DNA of 35,164 nt from Licmophora abbreviata (Eukaryota): NCBI GenBank assembly GCA_900291995.1, contig OLMU01004942.1, forward strand, positions 1 to 35,164. The letters are read 5' to 3'. The position numbers were made by a program, and so were the translations under genes. Positions within the stretch are counted from its first letter, which is position 1, and every line of letters starts with the position of its first letter. This document shows, in pieces, positions 19,691 through 30,371 of the stretch. The notes below the pieces were generated by a model, which was given only the letters and a program-made list of their open reading frames with translations, ran no database searches and had not been told where the DNA came from.

Positions 19691-19745
19691 TAATATGTAA
19701 AAACTGGGTTTGTACGTTTCGACACTGGGGCAATCGCCGTCTCTC

Positions 19746-21002
19746 TTATGAATCGTTGGGGGCGACCGGAAATCCAACTGCGAAGCTCATAAACTTGTTC
19801 AGTTCCTTGGGAATCGGCCCAAGCTGCGGGCATTTTGAAATGTCCAACCGATCAAGTCGAGCTAAACTACCGAGTGAGGCAGGTACAGTCGTTAAGTTCT
19901 TGCAGGCGGATACGTCCAGCATGCGGAGTTTTGGTAGATGACCGACACTCGCGGGAATACTCGTCAGGCTCTTGCATCCACGAACATCGAGCTCCACCAG
20001 ACTTGTGCATTCGCCTATTGAGTCAGGGAGTGCTTCGAGCTTTTTGCACTTGGTCAAGATCAAGTCTTCTAGAAGCTTCCAGTTGGAGATGCAAGACGGT
20101 AGGCTTCTGAGAAGGACACACTTTGACAGGCTAACCTCGGTCAGCATTGTGCAGTCTCCAATCGAGACTGGAAGTTCCTTTACTTCCTTGCACTCCCGCA
20201 TGTGAAGAATCGAAAGTCGAGATAGGCTTCCAACGGAAGCTGGCAAGCATTCAAGCACCTTGCACTTGTCCAAAACTAGTTCTTCAAGAGACGATAAGTT
20301 GCCAAGTGACTCCGGAAGAGTCTTGAGAATCTTGTTCCCGCTTCCAGTCGCACCTCCGACAACAAGTCGTTGTAAACTGTCGTTTAAGCCGTCCATCATG
20401 GCGAGCAACGTTATAAGATTTCGCCGACAACGAGACAGGAGATAGGTCGACCTACTAGAACTTACCTCTTGAGCTCTCCAATTTCGTCCGGGAGATGAGC
20501 CAGAAGAGGGCAGTCTGTAAGATTGAGCTTTTAACACATCGAGACAGAGCATGAGATGTGTTAGATCCAATAGGGGATATCATAGGTTGGACTGTACATC
20601 AAGACGGTAGCTTCTCGCATACAAACACACCTCCTGAAGCAGCCCCAGCCGTCCAATCGATGGTGGAATACTGACCAGCCGCTCACAGTTTGTCAATTGC
20701 AAACGGAGAAGTTGACTCAAGTTTCCTATCGAATTGTCGACATTCGTTATGTATCGACTCTTGTGCATGTCCAAGGAACGAAGGTGCGGGTACTTGGCCA
20801 ACGATGGCATGTCGTCCCACTTGTCTGCGTCGCGCATGGACCGAAAGCTCAAAGACGTGGCGTTTCCAGATTCGGCATCGACCAAGACAGTTGCACCCTT
20901 GAAATCATCGTCCTCTACGAGCACCCACGCAGATTCACCGTGACCAAATGGCCCTAGCGATTTTGCTAATACCGGCTGTGGAACATTCTGCTGCTGTGAC
21001 AT
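19746..21002 (-). CDS. Leucine-rich repeat protein (24-aa plant-R-protein-like LRRs), 3 exons
   Basis: Exons 21002-20631, 20527-20466 (LNLTDCPLLAHLPDEIGELK, not in the ORF track frame) and 20376-19746. Repeats of LxxLPxSIGxLxxLxxLxLxxCxx. Confidence 0.88.
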
Positions 21003-21519
21003 ACTTGGAACTCGTCTCTCTGCTGAAAGTTAAACTGGCAGGGAGGGAAACGATGAGGGAGCAAGAGCTTTTTGGTCGCTTCACAGGCCCGTATTGGCGA
21101 CCCCTTGATTGTTGTTCTTTGAGCACGTCAATGCGAACGTGCTTCAGTTCTACTTCACGTCCTGAGAAGCCTTCATCAACGTTCACAACAACTTCAAACT
21201 CAAGAACTCAAAAAAGATCTTTGGAAAGGAGGGAAACGCATGCGGAGGAGATATCCATATCCGGGTGCCTTATTCTTTTTTGGGTACTGTCGTTCCAATC
21301 TTTACCCAAGACGATATTATGAGCCTACTCCGCGTAGGGGCTGTGGTGATGACACGGCTTGCCTCCCAGAACCGTCTCGCAGCAATTTTTTCGCTACAAT
21401 ATGCATGAAGCCAAAGCATATCGAATTCAACAGTATACTGTCGCAACTAGCTAGTCGAAAGACACATACTTAATATGTATTGTACACTTCCAGCGGTAAG
21501 TCGTCGTGAGTTTGCCCTC

Positions 21520-23320
21520 TTACATGCCGCGATACGATCCGCCCATCCCGGCGTTGTTCAATGCGAGCAGCAGCGATAGATCAGGATTGGTCCCCCGAGC
21601 CTGAGCAGCCAACAATTCTGTTTCCAGAGCCGCGTTGTTGTTTCCCATCCTGGCGACACCGCTATTCGACGAAGACGCGGCCAAGAAAGGGTTCGAAAGG
21701 GCTTGCTGCGGAATGCTGTTATTGGGTGGCCCACTATGCATACCCACCGCTTGATTCATGCCGAAGCTACCCATACCCATGGGAAGCATGCCCGCCTGGG
21801 GTTGACGCATGGCTTGCGCATTGAGTAGCGACGCAGCCATAAAAGGATCGGCGCGTTGATGCTGCTGAGCGGAGAGCGCGTTCACCGCTTCGATCGCGTT
21901 GAGTCGCTCCACTAACTCGGCACGCTGCTGCCGCTCCACCATGGCTGCTTCGTAGTTGGCGAGAACCGATGGGTTAAAAGTACCCAACGTTGGATTGAAG
22001 CCCGGTAGAGGGCTGGCATAGAGTGGACGCGGCGCCATGGCTGGAAACGGACTCTCGGGGACGGGGAACGCTCGACTGATGGAGTAAAAGTCGGGAGTAA
22101 AATCTGAGTCTTCAAGGCCATCCGCTTCCTTACGGTTAGCGGTGTCTTTGCTCGTGAGACGACGCATGTTGTGACATAAGTGAGGAATGCCACGGAGGAA
22201 CATCTTGCAGCGGGCGGAGAAAGAAAGCAAACATATGAGTTGGTGGAGCGAACGCAACGCGCAGTCAACAGTCTGCCCAAACTGAGCTAAGGTATACGGT
22301 AGGACGTACCTCGTGATAGTAAGAGTTGTAGTCGCTTCCATGAGTCTAAAGGGAAGCAGGTACAAGCAGCATGGTGTGAGTGCATGATGTACTAGTCTTC
22401 AGAAGGTTGGTCGGACGTTTTGGTGATAAGGGAAAAGGCAATAAAGGCAGACTGTCCGACAGACAGACAATGAAAAGAATTTGCATCTCGAGAGAGCAAA
22501 GAGTGACGTGGCACGACGAGCTCCATAATCAATCACAGTCAAACGCGTGTCCGAAAAGTGTCGCCGCAAACCCGATTGCAAGATTCGTTGATGAATTTTC
22601 AAGGGACGATGGGGAAAGCGATGACTCTGGAAGGTTTTAAGCACAAACAAAACAAACAAGACTGTACTCACGACCCTCTTGAAGCCCCAGCCGTTAACCT
22701 GGCGAGCGAACGAGGAGTATCGACCGTGTCGGAAGAACAGAGGGATGATGCGTTCCTCGAAAGCCCTTTGCTGGAGGATGCGCCACGACCGTCCGTGAGG
22801 AAGCCAGCAGATGATGTCTTGGAACTCTGGGTTCGATAGTATCATGTGAAGCTTGACTGGGAAGGTCGCTGGTGAGGAAGGGTTGTATTTGACAGAAAGA
22901 GGTGGAAGAAGTGAGCGATGCTTTCGCGCGACATGAGCGAGTGCCCGCGGTAGTAGAGAACCGGGACTACTTACGATCTTTGCTCTTCCCCTTGCCACCG
23001 GAAGGATGCCCATAGTCCGGATCAGCGGGGACACGGGAGAAGTCTCTGTATCTGGACTTGGGAGGAAAATCCTCGTTCGCTTCTTCCGCCCATTTCTTCC
23101 CGACGGTAGGGGCGTACGGCGCGACATCCGTACTGACTTCGTCAGTTGAAGCCGGCTTCGTCGTCTCGCCGGTCTTTTCACCACTTTCAGGGTCTTTCGC
23201 CGCCCCTCTTTCGCTCGATCCTTCCATCTGCTTTGGAGACTCCGGAACAGGATTCGCTCCACCTTCGATCGAAGGCTCTGGCGTGCCGCTGCTGCCTGCG
23301 TCGATCTCGGATGTGACCAT
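21520..23320 (-). CDS. HSF: Heat shock transcription factor (HSF DNA-binding domain), 4 exons
   Basis: Exons 23320-22975, 22868-22672, 22345-22310, 22203-21520 splice to GKDPTFPVKLHMILSNPEFQDIICWLPHGRSWRILQQRAFEERIIPLFFRHGRYSSFARQVNGWGFKRVTHGSDYNSYYHEMFLRGIPHLCHNMRR..PDFYSIS. Start could extend in frame to ATG 23410. Confidence 0.92.
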
Positions 23321-24043
23321 CTTCACAGGGACTTTTTTGTACTTGCGCTCGGACCGTAGGCTTGTGCGAAGGAACCGGAGGATTTCCATGAGTAGGCTCT
23401 TTCTGGCCATTTGAAAGGAACATCTTTCCTGTTCCCATGGCCGGCATCCTCGTATCCGAGGCTTGAACTTTATTCATCCATGTATAACATTTAGACGTTT
23501 GTCGTTGACATCTCAGAAATTCTGTTCAGGTCATGGGAAAGCTTCGTAGAAATCATACCAGGGCGGCTGTGCGACTCCTTCCGTCCGGAGGGTCGGAATC
23601 GAGAAATGACCAGCTGTGATGATGAGTTTCGATTTGTGATGAGTTTCGAGAGTTTCAGTTGCGCAGTACAAACGTATCATACCGTGTACAGACGGTGTAT
23701 GGTTAATGTTGTGTCGAAGAATGAATCGAAGGTTGGACAGTGATGCTTTGATGAGAGGCGGTACCAAAGACCAAACCAATTGACCGGTACTCATCCCAAT
23801 TCCAACAAGTATCAAAGGAAGCAAATCGCGGTCGTACCAATGAGCTACTGTACATCGGTCGCCTTCGTCGGTTATATCTGACAAGATTCATCCTCTAGTA
23901 CTCCACTACTATCTCTAGGAAAAAGCTGCTTAGCTAGAAGTTTCTTCACTATTTACATGCCTCGTAAAGCCGCTCTCTCGCTCTTGGAAACACAGCATAA
24001 AGTTTGTACCAAAGGTATGGCTCGCGATCTGTTCTTTGACAAC

Positions 24044-24319
24044 TCATTTTCCTTTGGGCTTGGGCTTCTTGCGCTTGCCAGACGACTTATCTTCGTCGAC
24101 CCACATGGCGTTGTCTTCGTCCTCGCGAATAGTGATTTTCTTTCCCCTTCCAGCAAAAACATCCGCATCTTGTTTGTTTGGGTCCTGCTTCTTTGGCTTA
24201 TTTCCGCCGAAAAAGCCAAGCGAAGTGGTGGTTCGTTGCGACGACAACATGGCCGGAGTAAAGCTCGCAACGAGCGCGCTGCACAGCAAGGCAACCAAAA
24301 GAGACAACAGGCACTTCAT
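24044..24319 (-). CDS. Small (91 aa) plastid-targeted protein of unknown function
   Basis: MKCLLSLLVALLCSALVAS/FTP signal + ASAFAP-like site, transit peptide ending TTTSLG, charged mature part GRGKKITIREDEDNAMWVDE with Lys-rich end. Confidence 0.75.
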   Translation of the reverse strand: MKCLLSLLVALLCSALVASFTPAMLSSQRTTTSLGFFGGNKPKKQDPNKQDADVFAGRGKKITIREDEDNAMWVDEDKSSGKRKKPKPKGK

Positions 24320-24734
24320 AGCGACAAGGTTGGTGGTTGTTTTGCGTGATTGAAGGAGTCGGCTTGACAAGACCACGAGCAAAGAAAGGCGTGTCGAATG
24401 TGTTGACAGCTGCTGCAGTCATCAAATTGAGGATCGCTCGTATCAAAAAGTTCAACAGAGCGAGGAACATGCAGAGTGACGCACGCGACGATTTGAGATT
24501 TATATGAGCCGGTATCTTTCACAAGAGCTCGTGGATCTTTCGAAAACGAAAACACAACAAGTAATTAAAAGATGAGAGACACCATGGCGCAAGTACGCTG
24601 ATACTGGTACGCATCCGCCCTCGAAGCGTAGCGAAATAGTCGGCACCTCCCAACAGCGACCGCTGAACCCTAACACTGTTCGTAGTCCGGACACACTAGG
24701 GCGTCTCCAAAACTTGCAAGAAGCAAAGAAAATA

Positions 24735-25550
24735 ATGTCTCAAGGGACGCTGCTGGTTTCGCCATCCAAGGGGGGCATACCTGCACTCCTGAATTCGGTT
24801 ATTGCCAAGTGCTGCATTGACGCCATTCAGACCAGAGGTATTTTCACGATTGCACTCAGTGGAGGATCTCTGCCCTCCTTGTTATCGGCCATCAAGGAGG
24901 CGTTTGATGCCGAGGGTGCCGATCCGAACTTCGATGCTTGGCATGTGATTTTGGCGGACGAACGATGTGTGCCGATATCGCATGAGGATTCCAATATGGG
25001 AGCATTGAATTCAAAGCTCTTTGCTAACATAGCCGTACCACCGTCACAGATCTATCCCATTAATGAAGAGATGTTGGGCGACTCGACGGAGGCTATTGCC
25101 GCGGACTACGAAGCAACTGTACGCGCGGTTATAGACAGGTCAGCGGGAGACCTGGATCTGGCAGTGTTAGGATTCGGTCCGGATGGACACACCTGCTCAC
25201 TTTTTCCTGGACATGAATTGTTGAAGGAAAGTACTAAATGGGTTGCGCCCATTGACGATTCGCCAAAGCCCCCACCGTCACGCATTACATTGACGTACCC
25301 GGTGCTCAACACAAAGACGCGCAACGTTATCTTTTGTGGGTCCGGCGCCTCCAAAAGTCCCATTCTGAAAGAAATATTCGCTGTCATTACCAAAACGAAT
25401 GACAGCAACTACCATGTAGTGATGAAAGAGCCGGCTCCGTATCCTTGCGCTGGTGTTCTTCCAAAATCGGAAAGAGGGGCAAACACACTGACTTGGGTGG
25501 TTGACGTAGATGCCATGGAGGGTGTTGTTGCGTCTTCGAAGAAGTCCTGA
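24735..25550 (+). CDS. PGL: 6-phosphogluconolactonase
   Basis: FTIALSGGSLP, LADERCVP..DSN, DLAVLGFGPDGHTCSLFPGH, DSPKPPPSRITLT signature motifs. ATG at 24735. Confidence 0.95.
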   Translation: MSQGTLLVSPSKGGIPALLNSVIAKCCIDAIQTRGIFTIALSGGSLPSLLSAIKEAFDAEGADPNFDAWHVILADERCVPISHEDSNMGALNSKLFANIAVPPSQIYPINEEMLGDSTEAIAADYEATVRAVIDRSAGDLDLAVLGFGPDGHTCSLFPGHELLKESTKWVAPIDDSPKPPPSRITLTYPVLNTKTRNVIFCGSGASKSPILKEIFAVITKTNDSNYHVVMKEPAPYPCAGVLPKSERGANTLTWVVDVDAMEGVVASSKKS

Positions 25551-25681
25551 CTTCGTTTCCCTACAAGTAGATTGTAGTTGCGTGCTTCTAAACGAGACAA
25601 ATGTCGTGGGGCAACCAACGGCGTCTACCTTCCTACTTGTTATAATTTCAATGAGCTGGCACCAGCCAACACACACATACA

Positions 25682-28595
25682 CTAACGATGTCCCAATTTT
25701 CCAGACAGTCCGCCCATTGATTTCGACTTGCCATCGGGCACCATGTAGAGTATGAGGGGTTTTTCCTTGCTCACGTATGGACGGTTGACGCGATAGTAGC
25801 CACGACGCTCGAGTTGAATTACGTCGTGTTCCTGCAACGACTTCAAACCTGCGTCGCCAATGGCATCGCTTGTCGCCATAGTGTTTGGATTGATGTAGTC
25901 CTCAAAGTTGTCGTCTTCTTCGAGCTTCTCCTTGGTGACAAGATTGTCGAATTCCGTCAAGACGCAGCTCGTGTTCTCCGGCACATCGGCAATCCAGCTG
26001 AACTTCTTCTTCGCGGCCTTGATGTCGCCGTCCGGGATGAACGTACCCTCGAGTTCACCTTCGACGTTGGTAATGTTGACAACACCTGTGTTGGTGGTGC
26101 CAGGAGAGGTCACAGCTAAGTCAGTTTTGGGGGTTTCGAGAGATACGGTCACAACATCATAATCTGCATGAAGCCTCACGCTTACCCCAACGAACAAGTA
26201 CAATATTCTCGCCGACTTCAATCGTTTCGGCGTCGACATTTTCCAACAAGACGCGCTTGGATAGTCGAACCACACGCTTTCCCAATGATGGGTCTTTCGG
26301 GTGAAAGTCTGTAGACGCAAGCGTGTTCGAATCGACCTCGGGACCATTGGCAATAGTCAACACCTTGTGTTGTTCCTTATCAATTGCCATGTAACGTTTT
26401 GCCGTCTTGTCGATCTCTTTCTTGTTCTCCGCCCAGAACTTGCCCCATTCCATGTTGACAACACGACGGGAGGCACCTTGAGAGTACATGAAGTTTCGCA
26501 GAGCAGTTATATTTAGACCGAGATTAACCACACCGCGCACCGTCGGGAAACGCGGATCGTCCCATCCTGTCACATGGCTATTTTCGACAAACCATGTCAA
26601 CTTGCGCTTGCTCAGCACTGTATTGACAAAGTTCACACGCGAAAACGCGTGAATACGAGTGCGTCGCAATCCCAGTGTCGTCTGGAACCACTGGTACTGT
26701 TCATCACGATCATTGTATTCGGTCGTTCGAAGCGCATGAGTTACTCCCTCCAGCGAGTCAACGACGGGACACGCCAAGTCGTACGTTGGGTACGCCTTGA
26801 ACTTGGTTCCGGATCGATGGTGTTCTGTTACGTTCTGCCGATACATGACAGGATCGCGCATAGTACCATTTACACTCTGCATGTCAATCTTGGCGCGCAA
26901 ACACCACTTGCCCCCTTCTTCCGTACCAGTACACATGAGCCTGAAGTATTCCATACACATCTCCGGAGTCTGGTCCCGATGCACCGAGTCTTTCTTCTCC
27001 ATACGCTCTGCTTTCATCTGTTCTTGCGGAGTATCATCCATGTACGCCATGCCATTCTTAATCATGAACTCGGCATATCCACGGACTGTTTCAAAGTAGT
27101 CAGACGTGTAAGTAACGACATCCGGCTTGACATCCAACTTGGCCAAATCTTCGACGATCGCCTCCTCGTATTCTCCCTTTTCCTTGGACGGATTTGTATC
27201 ATCGAACCTCACGATGAGACGACCCTTGTATCGACGCGCGTAATAATCATTGAGCAGTACAGCTTTGGCATGCCCAATGTGCAAGTATCCGCTCGGTTCC
27301 GGAGGGAACCTCGTCACGACGCGTCCCGGCGTACCTCCCTCCAATGTGTTCATGCCCGGTGCGAGCGGTTCCAGAGTAGCCCCGTCTGCAAAGACCGCTT
27401 CCGCATTCTGCACAATGCCAACGGCACACTGCGTCGCTTCCTGAATAGCTGGCAACTGCGCCATCATGCAAATCCAACGACGCGCCGCCGTAAACTCCGA
27501 CTCTGACAACACACTCAACACGTGATTCAAATCACTCGACTGCGCCGGAAACGCCAAGGCCCCAAACAAGCAGACGTCCGCAATGCTCACGGATGCTCCT
27601 ACCAGATAAGTGCGCTCAACTAAGGCATGCTCTAGTGTCATGGCTACAGCTCGAATACGCTGTTCCGGCCCCAGCTGCGACAAGGACTGAGCATAGTCGA
27701 CATAAGCATCCACGACGGCCTGTTGCGATGTCGACGACCCACCCAATAACTCGGTAGTACTAGAACTAGCAATAGATTGCGTGGCAACAGCAGTCCGACA
27801 AATGTACCGTGCCATGGCATAGTCTCCCAAGACGACACCGCTGTAATCTGGCAATCCCAAGCACGTTTGTCGCGAGAGATGATCACTGGCAATACTGTAG
27901 TCCAACAAGGTATTGGTGAGAACGGCAACCGTGAGGGCAACAACTGGACGATCCTGTAGAGCGGCGTTGGGATTAATCACAATCTGATGTGGTTGCACCT
28001 TAATGGTAGAAGCGCGTCTGGGAGGAGGGGGAAGCTTTGGGGTTACGCGCACGACGGGAGCTGGCTTCTTGGTGCTTGTCACAGGCAGCTGTTTGGCAGC
28101 GGCCGGCGGTCCATCGGCAGCGACAGGAGCCGTCCCGTCGCCTCCTCCTGTCTTCATGGCAGCCTTTTTGGCTTTCGCAGCGGCCTTTTTGGCCGCCTTC
28201 TTTTGCGCATTGGCAGAGTTTGGGTCGGGCGTCTGTCGACGGTGAAACAAAAGAGTGAGTGCATGGCACCGCAGCTTGTAGGCCCAAGACGCGCGACAAA
28301 ATACTACCATGTTCGCAGCACTGACCTCCTTGGCTGGCCCAGCTACTTTCTCTGCCTTTTCTTTCTGTTTCTTTTGCTTGCTCGTCAGAGGCACTTCATA
28401 TGGCTTTCCGTCGACACCGATGCCCTGGTTGCTGTCGGCGTATGATTGTTTGGCGACAAGGAGTTCCTTGACTGCTGTCGCAATGGCGTCCTTATCCACG
28501 GGATCCGCAGATTTCAACGACTTGATTTTGTCTCCCAGCGCCGTCACTTGCGCCTTGAGGGCCTCCAAGTCGACAGAAATAGCAGCTTGCGCCAT
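25682..28595 (-). CDS. GluRS: Cytosolic (eukaryotic-type) glutamate--tRNA ligase with N-terminal WHEP-like and GST-like domains, 3 exons
   Basis: Exons 28595-28326, 28232-26186, 26085-25682. VTRFPPEPSGYLHIGHAKA (HIGH), RFDDTNP, YPTYDLACP, THALRTTEY, VLSKRKL, WDDPRFPTVRG, IQLERRGYY. Intron 1 (93 nt) is in frame with no stop codon. Confidence 0.95.
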
Positions 28596-28856
28596 GGTCA
28601 AGATGCATGCAATCTCAACACGAGACAAAATATATTTCGTGTGTTTTCGTGTTTTCGTGTTTTCTGTTTTGCCGATGATGGCCGTCCATTTTGCAAGAGG
28701 GCCCCACCAATTTATTTTTGACAGATTTGGGACATTCCAAATTCCGACAGTATACGACTCTTTCGACTCCCTTGACCAAAGAAAATTGCGCGCCACACAC
28801 GACCTCAGCATCTTGAATCTCGCCACAAAATTCCAAACTCAAACCGAAAATTGGCC

Positions 28857-30102
28857 ATGGCGACTTCGCAGGTCGTTCCGTCTTCTCCCCCTCCATCCTG
28901 GGATCGGTTGCTATCGGCAGCGCAAAAGAATAACTCGGAAGAAATCGGTCGACTCGTGAGAGAAGAAGGAGTGAGTCCGTCGCACGCCAATGCGGTGCGA
29001 CAGTCGGCGTTGCATATTGCAGCCCTGTGGGGTCATGGTGAGTAACGAGTCCTGCATTGTATGCAACTGTCCTCAGCAGTACGGATTGTACTTGTATCAG
29101 CGATGAAGTCTCCTCAAACTGATCGCTTCCATGATTCTCTCAGTCGAGACGGTAAGGACTCTGCTTGAATTAGGCGCCAATGTCAATAGTACAAACACCA
29201 TCACGGGCGCTACGCCCATTCACTGTTGTGTACAGTCGAATAAGGGCACCATGGACGACAAGATTCAGTGCATCGAGAAATTGTTGCAACATGGGGCCAA
29301 TCCATCACTGGGTGACTCGTTCGGTAGTATACCAGCTGACTATTGTAACGACGATGCACTGCTCGTATTGCTTTTGCCAAAGATTCCGACTGTGATGGAG
29401 GCGATTCAGGACAACGATCTCGAGCGACTCGACCAAGTCTTGTCGGAGGACGTTGATGACACTGCTGTTCATGTACGCTACCAGAATAAGACACCCCTTT
29501 TACATGTTGTGGATTCATTGTTGCTGAGAAATGGCGAGGAGGATTGGGAAGACGACGGCGACGCTGGCCAAGACTCCCTCGCCATGATGAGACTCTTACT
29601 GCAACACGGCGCTGATCCCAATGCGACGCCGACTGTACAGCGAAACGGACATCTCACCTCGTCGTCCAACAATGAAGAGGAAAGTTCCTTGCACATCATT
29701 TGTCTTCAACTACGAGATGCTCATCGCCAAGAGGATGAACCTGCCATTCAAAAGCTGCAGTCGGCCGCACTTTTATTGAAGCATCACGGTGCGGTCGTGC
29801 CATCTTGTACACAACAACTCCTCCACGATGCGGCACGTCGCAATCGTCTGTCACTTGTTCAATTCATGATCGAGAAACTTGAGGTCCCTCTCAACACGCG
29901 CAATCGACAAGGCATGACTCCTTTGCAATTTGCCGCCCGGTCGGGGCATATTGAAATGGTACGACTTTTATTGACGTATGATACTGACGGCTTGGTTGCT
30001 GCCATGGATGATCGGGGCCAGACGGCATTGGATGCGGCGCGTACTAACGGTCGAGAGGAGGTAGTGGCCGTGTTGGAAGGGCACATGATGATGCACAGCT
30101 AG
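28857..30102 (+). CDS. Ankyrin-repeat protein, 2 exons
   Basis: Exons 28857-29037 and 29144-30102; QSALHIAALWGHVETVRTLLELGANVN, GATPIH, GMTPLQFAARSGHIEMVRLLL, GQTALDAA. Confidence 0.92.
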
Positions 30103-30371
30103 AAAGACTAGTAGAGCGGAAAATCTAGCTTGACGGAATTTTTAGGACGGTATTCGTACCAGGAATCAGGCACTTTGAACTTGGCGAAGACAGACACTCG
30201 CACACACGCACTTTTCATTCGGAACCGGGCACAGATCCGCGCTGATGATGGCGGACATTTTCCACGGACTCGTTTTGTCCACACACACAGTCTGCCGCCA
30301 CCCCATTGACTGAGCTCTGATTGTCATCTCCACGCTTGTCCTCATTTTCTTTCCTCTTTTATATTGCCATC

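Noticed and set aside
20377..20570. N-terminal part of the 274-aa ORF (MDLTHLMLCL...)
   Set aside because: Intron and out-of-frame exon sequence; the true LRR exon 20527-20466 is in another frame.
23531..23884. 117-aa ORF and a short GATGAGTTTCGA direct repeat (possible C-box snoRNA) upstream of the HSF gene
   Set aside because: Non-ATG start, no motifs; no suitably placed D box or terminal stem found.
25533..25550. PGL C-terminus SSKKS as a peroxisomal PTS1
   Set aside because: Terminal tripeptide KKS does not fit the (S/A/C)(K/R/H)(L/M) consensus.
26574..27506. 310-aa + strand ORF antisense to GluRS
   Set aside because: Antisense shadow of a highly conserved gene; no domain signal.
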